Counted from the stretch's first letter, positions 48,744 through 61,000 are shown. The stretch is DNA of 64,000 bases from Oopsacas minuta (GCA_024704765.1 JAKMXF010000188.1:186001-250000), one strand, 5' to 3'. The notes: generated from the letters alone by a model not told the origin. Numbers and translations are program-made.

Positions 48744-50079
48744 ACGGGTGAGCACTAAAAAATTAGACAAATTTCATCTTGTTTGAGCTTGTATCAATTA
48801 TCAACAGAGTATTGTATAATTCGATCATATTTGTTTAATTACATTTTAATTTAGCTAGAACTCAATGGATCGCTGCTAATGGGCCATTGTCTGCAGATTT
48901 TCGGATATTCGTCTTGACACTTGAAAATAGCCTTTGGACAATTGAAAATTCCACTTGCTTGATTGATTTCCGAATCCTTTGCTTCAACATTCTGAAGGAT
49001 TTAGCTTCACACCCACCTTCATAAACTTTGGATTTCAAATAACCCCAGAAATCCTCAATTGGCCTTAATTGAGGTGTATTAGGAGGGTTAGCAGATTTTG
49101 GAATATATGGGATATTTAGATCTTCAAAAAGTTTAAGCGTATCTTTCGCATAATGGCTACTTGCTAGATCAGGCCAGAAGTAATATTTACCCTCATCATG
49201 AAACTTTTCTAAGAAAGGAATTAGATGCTTTTTTATGCATTGATTTCGGTAAATTTCGCCAGTAATTGAAAGATTCCGAGGACAAAAGTATGGCTCTGAT
49301 ATGCCTTCTTTAGAAATTGCTAACCAAATTAAAAGTTTAGGTGAGTACTTGGATTTACGAATATAACTGATTCTAGGATTCAGAGACTTGGCTGAGAGAG
49401 ATTCTGAAACATAATAACCCTTATTGACATTGATATTAATATCCTTTAGTCCGAAATACGATTCGTCATCCATTACAATTTGAGTTGTGCTTGATGGGGG
49501 AAAAAAGTCTCTCCGTAATTTTAGACACCTGGACTTAGCCCTCAATTCTTGTTCGGGTTTGCTATCTGGGACTCGCTTACGTTTACGATATGTAACACCA
49601 TTCTCTTTGATAATCTTACGAACATATGATTGAGAGATATCGAATTTTCGAGCCATTTTTCTGGTGGAGACTCCTACTTTATTGCTAATTTTGCACAAGA
49701 GAGATCGCCGGAGCCTCTTGGGCATTTTGACAGACTTGCGACCGCTACCCAACTTCCTGTTTAGGGTTCCTCTATTCTTGATAGTAGAAATGATGTTGTA
49801 GATAGTAGATCTTGCGATTCCAAACGCCAAAAAACGCTTAACTGTATAAGAAATCCCATGGTCATAATTTTTACGAAAAAATTGTCCAATAATGTGTCGC
49901 CGTTGTGTCACTTTCAAATGATCCATCTCCAGATGCTATGTTCTAAAATAATCGAAAATGGTTTGAATTTGAAATCTATATACAAATAATGCATTGGTGA
50001 ACAAAGATTTATGAATTTGTAAATATCTCGTTGTTATGGTGAACTATAAAATATGTCTAAAATTTTAGTGCTCACCCGT
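48744..50079 (-). mobile_element. Intact IS630/Tc1/mariner element, DD37E (ITmD37E-like)
   Basis: 26-bp TIRs ACGGGTGAGCACTAAAA(AA/TT)TTAGACA and TA TSD; encloses an uninterrupted transposase ORF. Confidence 0.92.
48862..49926 (-). CDS. DD37E transposase, 354 aa
   Basis: N-terminal HTH and GSGRK; triad VMDDES..FWPDLASSH..PPNTPQLRPIEDFW with 37 residues between D2 and E. Confidence 0.92.
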   Translation of the reverse strand: MDHLKVTQRRHIIGQFFRKNYDHGISYTVKRFLAFGIARSTIYNIISTIKNRGTLNRKLGSGRKSVKMPKRLRRSLLCKISNKVGVSTRKMARKFDISQSYVRKIIKENGVTYRKRKRVPDSKPEQELRAKSRCLKLRRDFFPPSSTTQIVMDDESYFGLKDININVNKGYYVSESLSAKSLNPRISYIRKSKYSPKLLIWLAISKEGISEPYFCPRNLSITGEIYRNQCIKKHLIPFLEKFHDEGKYYFWPDLASSHYAKDTLKLFEDLNIPYIPKSANPPNTPQLRPIEDFWGYLKSKVYEGGCEAKSFRMLKQRIRKSIKQVEFSIVQRLFSSVKTNIRKSADNGPLAAIH

Positions 50080-50119
50080 TATATCATGACACTCTTCATC
50101 AAAACTAATACATGAATCA

Positions 50120-50404
50120 GCATCTTGCTTTTTACGAACCTTCCACCAGCATTTGCAAAACTTGTTTCACATCACTTTAGCTTTTCCAGTTTATATGAGT
50201 ATAGACTTTTAGAAAGATGGTACGTATATGTATATGGTAACGCATAGCGGAGAACAACAACAGCCATTGCTGGATCTCCATCAGTAAACAAAACCTTTGG
50301 GGTGTAGGAAAAGCTCTTACAAGTTCTGTGCATACCCATTCAAAAGATGATACACTTTCGTTGCTCAATAAAGAACTGACAAGAATAATTGTTCTACCAT
50401 ACAC
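50120..50404 (-). pseudogene. Mutator-like (MULE) transposase fragment
   Basis: GRTIILVSSLLSNESVSSFEW...P/KVLFTDGDPAMA (1 frameshift) matches the MULE DDE-domain pattern. Confidence 0.6.
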
Positions 50405-52673
50405 CTCAATTCTCTTCTAGTCCCTCCGTAGGTAGTTATAGACAAGTTTGACTGTAGATATTTCGAATAAGTACATTCTGACAAGAATTCAGAAATAATA
50501 CTAGCGCGCTACGCGGTTGCGAACACTTCGTGCCCACACTCGGTTCCACGGCCCTCGAGTCATTAAATTTGTTTACTTTATGTGTCTAAAGTAAACAAAT
50601 AGTCACAATATGTTGCTTACAATAACATATTTGGACTCAACTATCACAGTATAGTCGTTGAAAGTATGATTCTACATCAATTGGAAATTTGTTTACTCTA
50701 TATTCATAAAAACAATAACAAATTTACATATGATTAATCTAAAAGAGTGAAAATCGGATTCGACATAGAGTGTGAAATATAAATTTGGACACAGAAGATG
50801 GTGGAACATGGTGGAAACTGTCCAAATCTCAAAATATACATACAGGCTTGCTCTAAACGGCTACACAGGGATTACATAGTACGCTGAATCCGAATTTCGC
50901 GTTTTCAAGTTTCTCATTTGCAAACTTATTGTTGTTGTTATGAATATAAAGTAAACAATTTTCTAATTAATCCTAGAAACTTACTTTCAACAGTTATCCT
51001 GGGGTAATTGGGTACGCTGATTACAAATATTAATTTATCACCAACGTATTGTGATATGTTGCTACTTTTATACTTTGATCAATTCAAGGCACTAAGTGCC
51101 GAGCCCCATGCGAGCACAATTGCACAGAGCATTCGCAAGTTGCGCTGCGCGAGCAAACAAAGCCCGCAACTCAGATGTATATTATAACTACTGCATCCCA
51201 CATTCATAATCCTTTGACACCTATTCCTAGAAAACGGGGGAGGAGGGCAACTACCTCCTTTGCCTCTTCCCCTAAATCCACCACCGTTCAATCAATCCCT
51301 GGTCCATAATTTTTTAGTGACCATCGTTGTCTTAATCATAGCAAGCCATAGGCTACTATAATAAAGGACTGTAAGCTGCCAGCTCGGGCCCTGAACTTGG
51401 GTCCATGTGTTTTCTTGATATCTCCTAATCCGCAAAAGTGAGACTACGAAAATGCATTATTGTTGGATAGGTAGTAGATTGGTCATATCGCCTTAACTAA
51501 ACATTTGTGGAATATGTGTTATGTGGTTTTCATACTTTACCACATTATGTTAATAATGCCAAATTCGCTTCCGATTTGAGATAGACATGAGAAATGTGTT
51601 ATTATTCAATGGGAATTCATAGGTCACGACTCCTTCACTCAGATTTCCTTACCTCATAGCCAATTATACATAAGACCTCACACTAATTGTGATTTTGGAA
51701 TACAGATGTTGTTTTCGGCCGTGGTATTAATTATATGGGGGTTGTATATTGCAGAAGGGTGCATTTTAGCCCGAATAAATGCATTGCGCCTGTGTAGAAG
51801 AACAAATTATCACCAATAATATGCTAAAAAGTTTCAGGAATGTGCATATTCGTCTAGTAAGCATTTATTTGCTAAAATATGCCATTATTTGATAGTTTGC
51901 AATGGCCGTATAACGTTATGATATGACAGCTTTCATTTCCGAGTTAATGTATGAAATGATCTCCATATATTTTTATACAAAATATATAAAATTGTCGTGA
52001 TAAAGTTGGTTAATTCTTGAGTTACCTGTAGGGACCATGGATGACACATTTTTATGAATATCAAATTATAATTCGAAAATCGTGAAAGAAATTGTGGTCA
52101 ATAGTTAATTAATAATACACAATAAACCTATTTGTAAAGTGAAAGATACTAGATGACACCTCTGTAATGTAGTATTAACCGTAGCATATGTTATGGTTGT
52201 ATAGTTTGCTTAAAATTTAAGTTTGATGCTTCGAAAATTCAAATAGTCATTGGCAAGTGAAATCGAGAACTCATTTACATATAAAAGCTGGAAGAAACCC
52301 TGGATACACCTATTATTATATCAGATCATGACTTCTCAAATTTCTTCTTTCACCAATAATCAATTTATTTTGTCCTAATTTTATAAGCGTAAAACTGGCG
52401 GGACTTAAATAGAGCCTTCAAAACAATAATGTTGGGTAAAAATCGATTTTTTGGTGGGTCATTGATGATTGATTCTATGCATATTCGAGACAACAGATCC
52501 TCCATGTAAGAATTTTCATTTTCAAAATGGGTGAGCAAGAAGGGCACTGCCCCCACCCCTGTTCGGGTTTGCTCCAGAATCTACATCCCCAATGAAACTT
52601 GCCCACCGGTAACTACCCGGTGTCCCGTCGGGCTAATCCACCCCTACCTACTTGGTTGCTCCAAGTAGGAATA

Positions 52674-52857
52674 CAGCGGAGTCTCCGAATAACGGACACG
52701 TTGGGGACATGGTATCTGTCTGTTGTAGAGAATTGTCTGCTCCTTGGAGACTGCTTAAGTAGTAACTACATGTTTGGCAAATTCAATCCGAGCCACGAGT
52801 TTGTCCGTTGTAGGGGTTGTCCGCTTCTCGGAGTGTCCATTTGGGGAGACTCCACTG
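52674..52857. mobile_element. pogo-type MITE (related copy about 48233-48421)
   Basis: Termini CAGCGGAGTCTCC / GGAGACTCCACTG, with internal TGTCCG repeats. Confidence 0.6.
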
Positions 52858-53227
52858 CATATATATTCCTACTTTCCGCAAATTCCACCTAGCGCGGGAC
52901 ATATCCACTATATTCCAGCGAGCCCTGTTCTCTTGGTACCAAATGAACTCTTCAATACATTATTAGTCGACATAACCTATAATCTACAGAAATTCTGCAA
53001 TTCTGTGTGGTGAAGATTTGGAACTGGTATGTGAGATACGAATACCTAATGAATCGAGCACAATTATAATACACCGTGACACCGTAGTTTGCGGATACAC
53101 AAATATATGTGTTGTCAAGTTACAATCTAGCTCAGTATATTATTAGTCACATTCTGATTTATGTAAATTCTAATTGTTTTACAATTTTGCTGTTCAATAA
53201 ATACATAAACAGATTGTTGAAATTAGG

Positions 53228-54133
53228 ATGAATTATCAATTTGAGAGTGAGTTTCCCAAACTAGCAAACTTCAGATGTTTAGAAGGTTTCGAATGTTCAG
53301 ATGGTTCTAGAGTTAAGACAAGCCTCCTGTATAGGTCAGCTAGACCAGATATTATGACGGTAGAGGAATGCGAACGCTTCAACAAGTTTAGAATTAATTC
53401 TATCATTGATTTTAGGAGGAAGGACGAGTATGTAAATGCTCCAGGCGCTAAACATATAAGCAAGTCTTATCCGAGTTATTATTGGAAGAAAGGAGAATTC
53501 TTGCCTTTGAAGAAGAAGAAAAAACCAATTACAAATCTCCCTGATAGAAAACATTTGATTATTTCACTCTTTTCAATGGCCATTATATGGAATACACTCT
53601 ATATGGTGAATTTCTTTATAAGATGGCCTTCACTGATATTAGCACTCATCGATAAAATATTTGGGACTCGCATATTTGTAAAGTTCTATGCTAAATTAGT
53701 AGTTAACCACACAAGTTTAGCTGACCAGTATTTCGAAATCCTTGAGAACACAAAACCTATTATATTTGTAGTCCTCAACACTCTAACTGATGAGAAGAAC
53801 CTCCCTGCTCTAATACAGTGCTCACAAGGCAAGGATAGAACTGGAGTTATCGCAATGCTGATACTATCTATACTAGGTGTAAAGGATGAGGATATTATAG
53901 AGGATTACGCTAAGTCTGAGAAAGGTCTGGTTGCTATGAGGGTACATACCGTTAAAGAGATTTGTGGTATGTACGGATTTAAAGATGCATTCACTCACGC
54001 ACGTCCTGACACAATGATTGACCTGCTGCAAAGTGTTAGACAGAAATACGGTAGTGTTATGCTGTTTCTGGATGAAATAGGATTTGATGAAACACACCGA
54101 GACAAGATGAGACTATTATTCACTCAATCTTAG
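53228..54133 (+). CDS. Cys-based phosphatase of the bacterial/fungal PtpB/IphP-like (Y_phosphatase3) family, intronless
   Basis: NFR...LLYRSARPD, IIDFRRKDE, CX5R loop LIQCSQGKDRTG, ILGV.DEDIIEDYAKS, and KYGSV..FLDEIGF. Confidence 0.8.
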   Translation: MNYQFESEFPKLANFRCLEGFECSDGSRVKTSLLYRSARPDIMTVEECERFNKFRINSIIDFRRKDEYVNAPGAKHISKSYPSYYWKKGEFLPLKKKKKPITNLPDRKHLIISLFSMAIIWNTLYMVNFFIRWPSLILALIDKIFGTRIFVKFYAKLVVNHTSLADQYFEILENTKPIIFVVLNTLTDEKNLPALIQCSQGKDRTGVIAMLILSILGVKDEDIIEDYAKSEKGLVAMRVHTVKEICGMYGFKDAFTHARPDTMIDLLQSVRQKYGSVMLFLDEIGFDETHRDKMRLLFTQS

Positions 54134-55335
54134 TTATAATAGCTTATCGAATTTAGGATATGTTTTAGATTTCCTGATTTGTATGTATTTATATTTATTT
54201 TTATTATATTTATACAATCACAATTTTATCAGTATTTACACAACAGTAGTCCATTACATTATTTACGTTATCTTAAAACCGTCACTCAATCAGTTATCAC
54301 GAGTAGTGTAATCTAGACAAATTTAGCCTCTCACTTACTTTTCTCTAAACAAAACTTTGGTCTGGTTCCGTTTCTTGAAATTTAGAGGTGTTAACACGGT
54401 TGTTCCAGCTCACTTTTCAGGATTTTGAACCAGACTACTTTATAGCCAGGGGGAAGATTACACGAAAGATCTCAATTTGACTGATTCTAACTTGAATTTG
54501 TAATGGGCTAGTTAATCAGTGATATATTAATCTTTAATCGTGTGTCTATTGTTTCTGTCTGTATCAGTAAAAATATAATCTCCAATAACATACATGTATT
54601 CAATCGATACGATAAATTTTAAATTTGCCTTATATCGACGAATGAAAATTCTCTATTACAAACAGAGATACAAACTATCACATCCACAGGTTATCCGTAA
54701 GTGTTACGGATTTTCTCCGCTCAAACTGTAAAATCTCACGAGTTTGTTGGCTCGTTAATTGTACATTTTGATGTTCAGACACCAATTATTGTTGGTGATA
54801 CGCCAGGCTGGTATCTGTGTAATAAGAGGAAATTTTCAGCCAATAATCTCGATGACGATGCTTTATACTGTGTAACATATCATGTATTCGTTGGTTCTGA
54901 ATATTAGCTTCTGACAATTGATTCGAATTATCTCATCAACTTACATATGTGATAGTAATACATTTGCAATATTACTCAAAAATTCGATGTAGAAAATTGA
55001 TCGGAAAACGCTGTGTAATCAAGTAGGGCTAGAATTGTTCAAGATAGCTCATTTCTAATCATAATATTTATACAATCTCTTGACTCCCTTCATGTCTAGA
55101 GACCAGACAGAAGTCTGGATTTTGTGCTACACATCAGCTAGTCAAGAGATCTAGTTGTATTTCAAACTTTACATGGCCAGGCGTATACGCATATGTGGGC
55201 GCTAGAAAACATGGACAAAACTAAATCGGACAATTTCATTAGCAGAAAAACCTATTAGTACAACATAATATACCAAGTACTTGGCATTGGATAGCGCTCA
55301 GTTGTATATTTCTGTTGCTTATTACAGATCACTAT

Positions 55336-56094
55336 ATGGCTAGTGTAGATGAAGCTAATGAGGACTTAGTGTCCTCTACTATCGAGGAAGCTAATAATGA
55401 TGATGTGGTATCCTCCTATACTGCAGAACATCTAGGACCTGAGTTCTATAACAATGCTAACAGCTACTGGTCAGAGATACCAGCTACTGTAGATGGAATG
55501 TTAGGAGGATTCTCACACCTCTCAGATAATGACGTCATAGAGTCTAAAGACACTATTTTAGAATATTTCGTAGGTCCTAATGCTCGACTCTCCCCTGACC
55601 TAGCTCTTGACTGTGGAGCAGGGATAGGGCGTGTATCTAAAAGATTATTGCTACAGATATTCAAACAGGTGGAGCTGGTAGAGCAGAATCCAATATTCTT
55701 AAAGAAGGCTAAGTCATACCTCAAAGCTTACAAGCAACGGGTTATAGCTTATCATGCAGTAGGACTACAGGACTTCTATCCAGAACCTGACAGATACTCT
55801 ATCATATGGTGTCAATGGGTGCTAGCTCATCTCACTGATAAAGATATGATGGAGTTCTTAGATAGAAGTAGAATAGCTCTGCAACATAAAGGATTGATTG
55901 TAGCTAAAGAAAATGTTGTCAAGGAGGTGGAAGAGAGACTGTTTCACAAGGATGACAGCAGTCAGACAAGATCCTGCAAAGTATTTAAGGAATTATTTGC
56001 AAAAGCTGGACTTAAACTTTTGAAAGAAGTAAAACAGGGTAACTTTCCTCCCGGTATGCTAGAGATACGGACGTTTGTATTAGCTTTTGATTGA
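55336..56094 (+). CDS. NTMT1: Alpha-N-terminal protein methyltransferase 1, intronless
   Basis: FY.NA.SYWSEIPATVDGMLGGF, ALDCGAGIGRVSKRLL, GLQDF.PE, IIWCQWVLAHLTD, KEN, DDSSQTRS. ATG at 55336. Confidence 0.93.
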   Translation: MASVDEANEDLVSSTIEEANNDDVVSSYTAEHLGPEFYNNANSYWSEIPATVDGMLGGFSHLSDNDVIESKDTILEYFVGPNARLSPDLALDCGAGIGRVSKRLLLQIFKQVELVEQNPIFLKKAKSYLKAYKQRVIAYHAVGLQDFYPEPDRYSIIWCQWVLAHLTDKDMMEFLDRSRIALQHKGLIVAKENVVKEVEERLFHKDDSSQTRSCKVFKELFAKAGLKLLKEVKQGNFPPGMLEIRTFVLAFD

Positions 56095-56951
56095 CATATA
56101 TCATTTACTGGAATTATATTTCTTTTAATATTTCTAATTAAAAGTATTTTAGTGCAGCTCCTATAGTGTGATGAACTAATGGCATGGACGATATGCGACG
56201 TCCGTACGTCCGTCAGAGCGGCCGTGCGAAATCTAGCGGTCCGTTTACATGAAAATTGGCATAAATATACATTTTGGGTTGGAGATTTGCACCTCGGGTA
56301 TGAGTGAATCACGCCTAGAGATTAGGTTTCAAAATGTTGTCAGGGGTAATTGGGTGCGTAGAGTCCGATTTTGGGATTTTCAGAGTTTGAAAGTTACGAA
56401 TTCACAGATTTATTATATGATTAATCATATTTTCACACCTTTGCTAATATTTCTAAAAATGATGCTAGAGATTTTGGCGCTTTGATTTTCAGTTAATATA
56501 CGTATGAAATTATGCCAGGACATCATATTACAAATTATACAAAATGTATAGTCTAGCTAGGGCTATGAAAACATGAGATTTACAGTCTTTAACCGTTAAT
56601 TCATTCGAATTGTCATGACAAAACTATTCGAATTATCTAACGGATTTTGGTATAATACCTTTAAGGGAAAAAAATTGTTCGAATTAATGATTGCCGACCC
56701 TACATTTTCTAATTATGCCAGTGAAGATTAACGGGAGTTAACTGTACATATAACAAAATGGATGAACCCAGGTTTGTTATACGTACAGTTAACTCCCGCT
56801 ATATTGAAAACGTACACGTATATCGAAATGCCCGCTTATACTTGATTAGGTAATTTAGTGCCCCTTCAAGCTTTAATATAATGGGAGTTAACTGACTAGT
56901 TCCCTATAGTATAGAATATATTTAACTCTACAACCCGTATATCTGGTAGTA

Positions 56952-57860
56952 ATGTGTGGGAGATGTGTAATAATGCGAGATGGTGGTGCTATCCGTAGGC
57001 GCTGTGCACACTATCCATACAAGAGTAGTTGTACAGCTGATACAGCCTCTGATTCCTCACACTGTCTCCCCCGATGGTATCAAGAAGGAGAGTCTAGCTA
57101 CCAACCCTCTTATAACGTGTGTCCTCGGGACAATCTCCCTGTCCTCCTGTCTTCTGATCACCCTCATGCCTGTGATGGGGAGGGACCAGAGGATCGTATC
57201 TTACAGATGATGCAATGGGGACTGGTACCATCCTGGCATAAAGGTGCTGCTAAAGATTTTGCTTATTTGCTTAATAACTGCAGGAGTGAGAGTCTGTTTG
57301 ATAAAGCTAGCTTCAGGAATGCGTTTACTCGAGGGCACAGATGTGTTGTACCAGTTGATGGGTTCTATGAATGGAAGTTAATAGCTGGTAAGAAATATCC
57401 TCAATACATTCAGTCAGTAGATAACGATAGTATGCTGATGCTGGCTGGTATATTTGATATACACAGACAGACTCCTGATTCTAATCCTCTCTACACGGTA
57501 ACGCTTATTACTACTGAAGCTCATCCTGTGTTCTCTGAAGTACACCACAGAATGCCAGCTGTCCTGCAGGGAGCACAGCAGGTTGCAGACTGGCTAGACT
57601 TCAGAAGGGTTACTGATAAGCAGGCTTATAGTATTATCATACCAACGACAGGACTCACATGGTATGCAGTGGGTAACAGTGTTAATAACGTGTATTATAA
57701 GGGAGAGGATTGTGTATTGCCACGAAAAGCTGAGCCTGTTAAAGAAAAGTCTAAAGGCATAACTCTAGATACATTCTTTAAGAAAACACCTGTTAAAAGG
57801 AAATTAGAAGATTCTAGAACTCTCAAGAGAGTGAAAGATGAGAGCAAAAACGAATCTTAA
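56952..57860 (+). CDS. HMCES: Abasic-site processing protein HMCES (SRAP domain), intronless
   Basis: N-terminal MCGR (catalytic Cys2), SYNVCP, MQWGLVPSW, NCRSE, RCVVPVDGFYEW, HHRMPAVL and VGNSVNN. Confidence 0.93.
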   Translation: MCGRCVIMRDGGAIRRRCAHYPYKSSCTADTASDSSHCLPRWYQEGESSYQPSYNVCPRDNLPVLLSSDHPHACDGEGPEDRILQMMQWGLVPSWHKGAAKDFAYLLNNCRSESLFDKASFRNAFTRGHRCVVPVDGFYEWKLIAGKKYPQYIQSVDNDSMLMLAGIFDIHRQTPDSNPLYTVTLITTEAHPVFSEVHHRMPAVLQGAQQVADWLDFRRVTDKQAYSIIIPTTGLTWYAVGNSVNNVYYKGEDCVLPRKAEPVKEKSKGITLDTFFKKTPVKRKLEDSRTLKRVKDESKNES

Positions 57861-58044
57861 AATTATCAAATTTATTGCAACCAAACACTTTTAATAATTG
57901 TCGTTTTACTGTTAATCCCTTTCAAATTTTTATTCCTTGTAGTTCAGCTTTCTAGAGATATAACAAATTAATTTCAACTCTAATTACTGACAGTTCCCTA
58001 TATTTCCTAGACTTTTATTGTAATATGGTTATTCTCTGAAAAGT

Positions 58045-61000
58045 ATGCTACAAATTATATCTGGAGAGGATAAGGATAGTACAGACATTCCTCTAGACCT
58101 GTTAGATAGTGTAGAAATATGGAATCAGGTGCTGTCTCATCACACATGGTCACACCTACTCTCTGATTCTGAGAGAGAACAGCTGAGCTCTCTCCTACCA
58201 GATATACCGCCTGATGAACAGAGAGATAACCTGAAGCAGTTATTTGGTAGAAAAGAATTCAGGTTTGGTACTACTCCTCTAACACAGGCTTACTATACTC
58301 TGAAACAACTCATTCCTCATTGTAAAGACTGGATCTGCTTAGAGGCTAGAAACAGTGCTAAGCGACAGCACCATATGATGTCACAACTTTATAGTCAGAT
58401 AGTAGCTGGTCTGTGTGATAGTAGGAAGAGATCTCATTCACTAGATGGGCTGGATAATGATAGGAAGAAGCTGTATAAGATACAGAACGAACTGTGGAGG
58501 ACTGATAGGATTACGTGAGTTTCAACTATTTGTATCTACACGGTTATATTATACTGTACAGCTATGTTATACAGTCGAACCTCCGAGATTTGGGCACCAT
58601 TTTTCCAAAACGTCCGAAATTGAATTGAATATTTTCAGCTAATTAGCATTATAAATTTGTAGTAGAGTTATCTTCAGTTGTAATTCATGTCTAACACATT
58701 TCTTAGTAACCACAAACCGTTATACAATCTAGATTCTCTAATCAAATGTATCAAAATATTTTTTATTATATACAAGTTGTACCTCCCAAAGAGTTAATGT
58801 TATTTCTGAGATTTTGGCATCCTCTAGACGAGAGCGCCCAGATCTCAGAGGTTATAATGTACTTCACAACTGTAAAATTATAAAATGATGATATAAACCA
58901 GGTTTCAACATCTGTTATAATCTATTTCTGATATTTCTGAACACGGCTTTTCCCAATACGAGGTTTAACTTATGATGAGTCTTTGACGCATTGTTTTTGC
59001 GATGAACTTAGCACATGCCACTTCGGGGTAAATCATAGTCTATACGTGTATAGTATTAAAATTGATGGCTCCTTGGAGGCTGTAGCTAGGTACCCAAGTT
59101 CAAAATATCGCACAATACAGCGAATTCAGCTCAGTTAGTACGTATGTTTCTCCAAAATCGGATTCAATTCCTGTACTAATTATATACGAAGAATATTGGA
59201 TAATACGTGCTAGGGTTAGTACATACGAAAATTCGTAAAAATTTTCTTATTTTCCGCGGGGTAAATGCCCCGTTACCCCAACCGGCATGCCAACACTACC
59301 CCCGAGATTGTTGAAAATATATTAATTGAGGGTCTTATTCTTCAATTCTCTACAAATCGCTATTCTATATTATTAAATTGCTATTGTTGCTTGTCTGTCT
59401 GTCTGTTTTCAATTTTCTCATATGTAAATTAATGTGACCATTTTCAGCAAATTTCCTTATAATAGAACTGTCTTTACTTGTACATATTATCTATCACATT
59501 TCTTTAGAATTAAAAAACAGTTGAAATATCTAGATTCGCCAATTCAAATGCATCTCAATATTGATCTTATATATCATAACGAGCGCGCTTCGCTTGCTCG
59601 CGCTACGCGGTTGCGAACACTTCGTGTCCACACTCGGGCCCTACGGCCCTCAAGTACATAAACTCATAATCTTAACCGTAGCAAACATGCTACTGCCATA
59701 ATCTATAACTCTGCTTACTTTATGTCCCCAAAAGTAAACATTCAGATTCAGTGTACTTAGTTACCCCTGGGTAGCGATTCGGAGCAAGCCTGTACGTTAT
59801 TTTGAGATTTTGATTATTCGTTTATTGTATATTCTTAAAACAACAATAAATTTACATATGAGTAATCAAAAGTGTGGAAGTGGGATTCAGTAAGTTCGAT
59901 ATATTTAGTGAAGTTATTTTGAATTCTATTTACTTCCTTGATAAACACGATAAATACATAGTAATGCGACAATTTCCAAAAGATCCAACAGTTTCTAGCA
60001 GTTTCCAGCAGTTTCCAGCAGTTTCTACCAGTTTCAAGCAGTTTCTACAAGTTTAAAGCAGTTTCTACCAGTTTCAAGCAGTTTCCCACAGTTTCGCACA
60101 GTTTCCCGCAGTTTCGCACAGTTTCGCACAGTTTCCCGCAGTTTCCAGCAGTTTCGCACAGTTTCCCGCAGTTTCCCACAGTTTCGCACAGTTTCCCGCA
60201 GTTTCGCACAGTTTCCCGCAGTTTCCAGCAGTTTCGCACAGTTTCGCAGTTTCCCGCAGTTTCGCACAGTTTCGCACAGTTTCCCGCAGTTTCGCAGTTT
60301 CGCGCAGTTTCGCACAGTTTCCCGCAGTTTCGCACAGTTTCGCACAGTTTCCCGCAGTTTCGCACAGTTTCGCACAGTTTTGCACAGTTTCCCGCAGTTT
60401 CGCACAGTTTCCCACAGTTTCGCACAGTTTCCCGCAGTTTCCAGCAGTTTCGCACAGTTTCGCACAGTTTCCCGCAGTTTCGCACAGTTTCGCACAGTTT
60501 CCCGCAGTTTCGCACAGTTTCGCACAGTTTCGCACAGTTTCGCACAGTTTTGCACAGTTTCCCGCAGTTTCGCACAGTTTCCCACAGTTTCGCACAGTTT
60601 CTCGCAGTTTCCAGCAGTTTCGCACAGTTTCGCACAGTTTCCAACAGTTTCCAGCAGTTTCGCACAGTTTCCTACAGTTTCCCGCAGTTTCTAGCAGTTT
60701 CTAGCAGTTTCCAGCAGTTTCTAGCAGTTCCTAACAACAGTTTTCTGCATTATCTAGTAGTTCCAACAAAAACTACCTTGTACTACACGGGTAATCTGGT
60801 GTGCTACGTCCAAATATGATATTGTAAATAATAAATTGTGAATATTTGTTTACTTTTATGTACATGTAGTAGACTAATTTCTAAATTGTTGTGGAAACCC
60901 GCTTTCAAATGTATAGCGGGGTAATCGAGTACGCTGATTCCGAATTTCGCTCTTTCATAGTACTCATATGTACATGATTGTTGTTTTTTAGACATCGAGA

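Noticed and set aside
60034-60819. Five overlapping ORFs with CETVRN/FRTVS repeats
   Set aside because: They are translations of the 10-bp minisatellite, open in several frames at once, and lie in the NFRKB intron.
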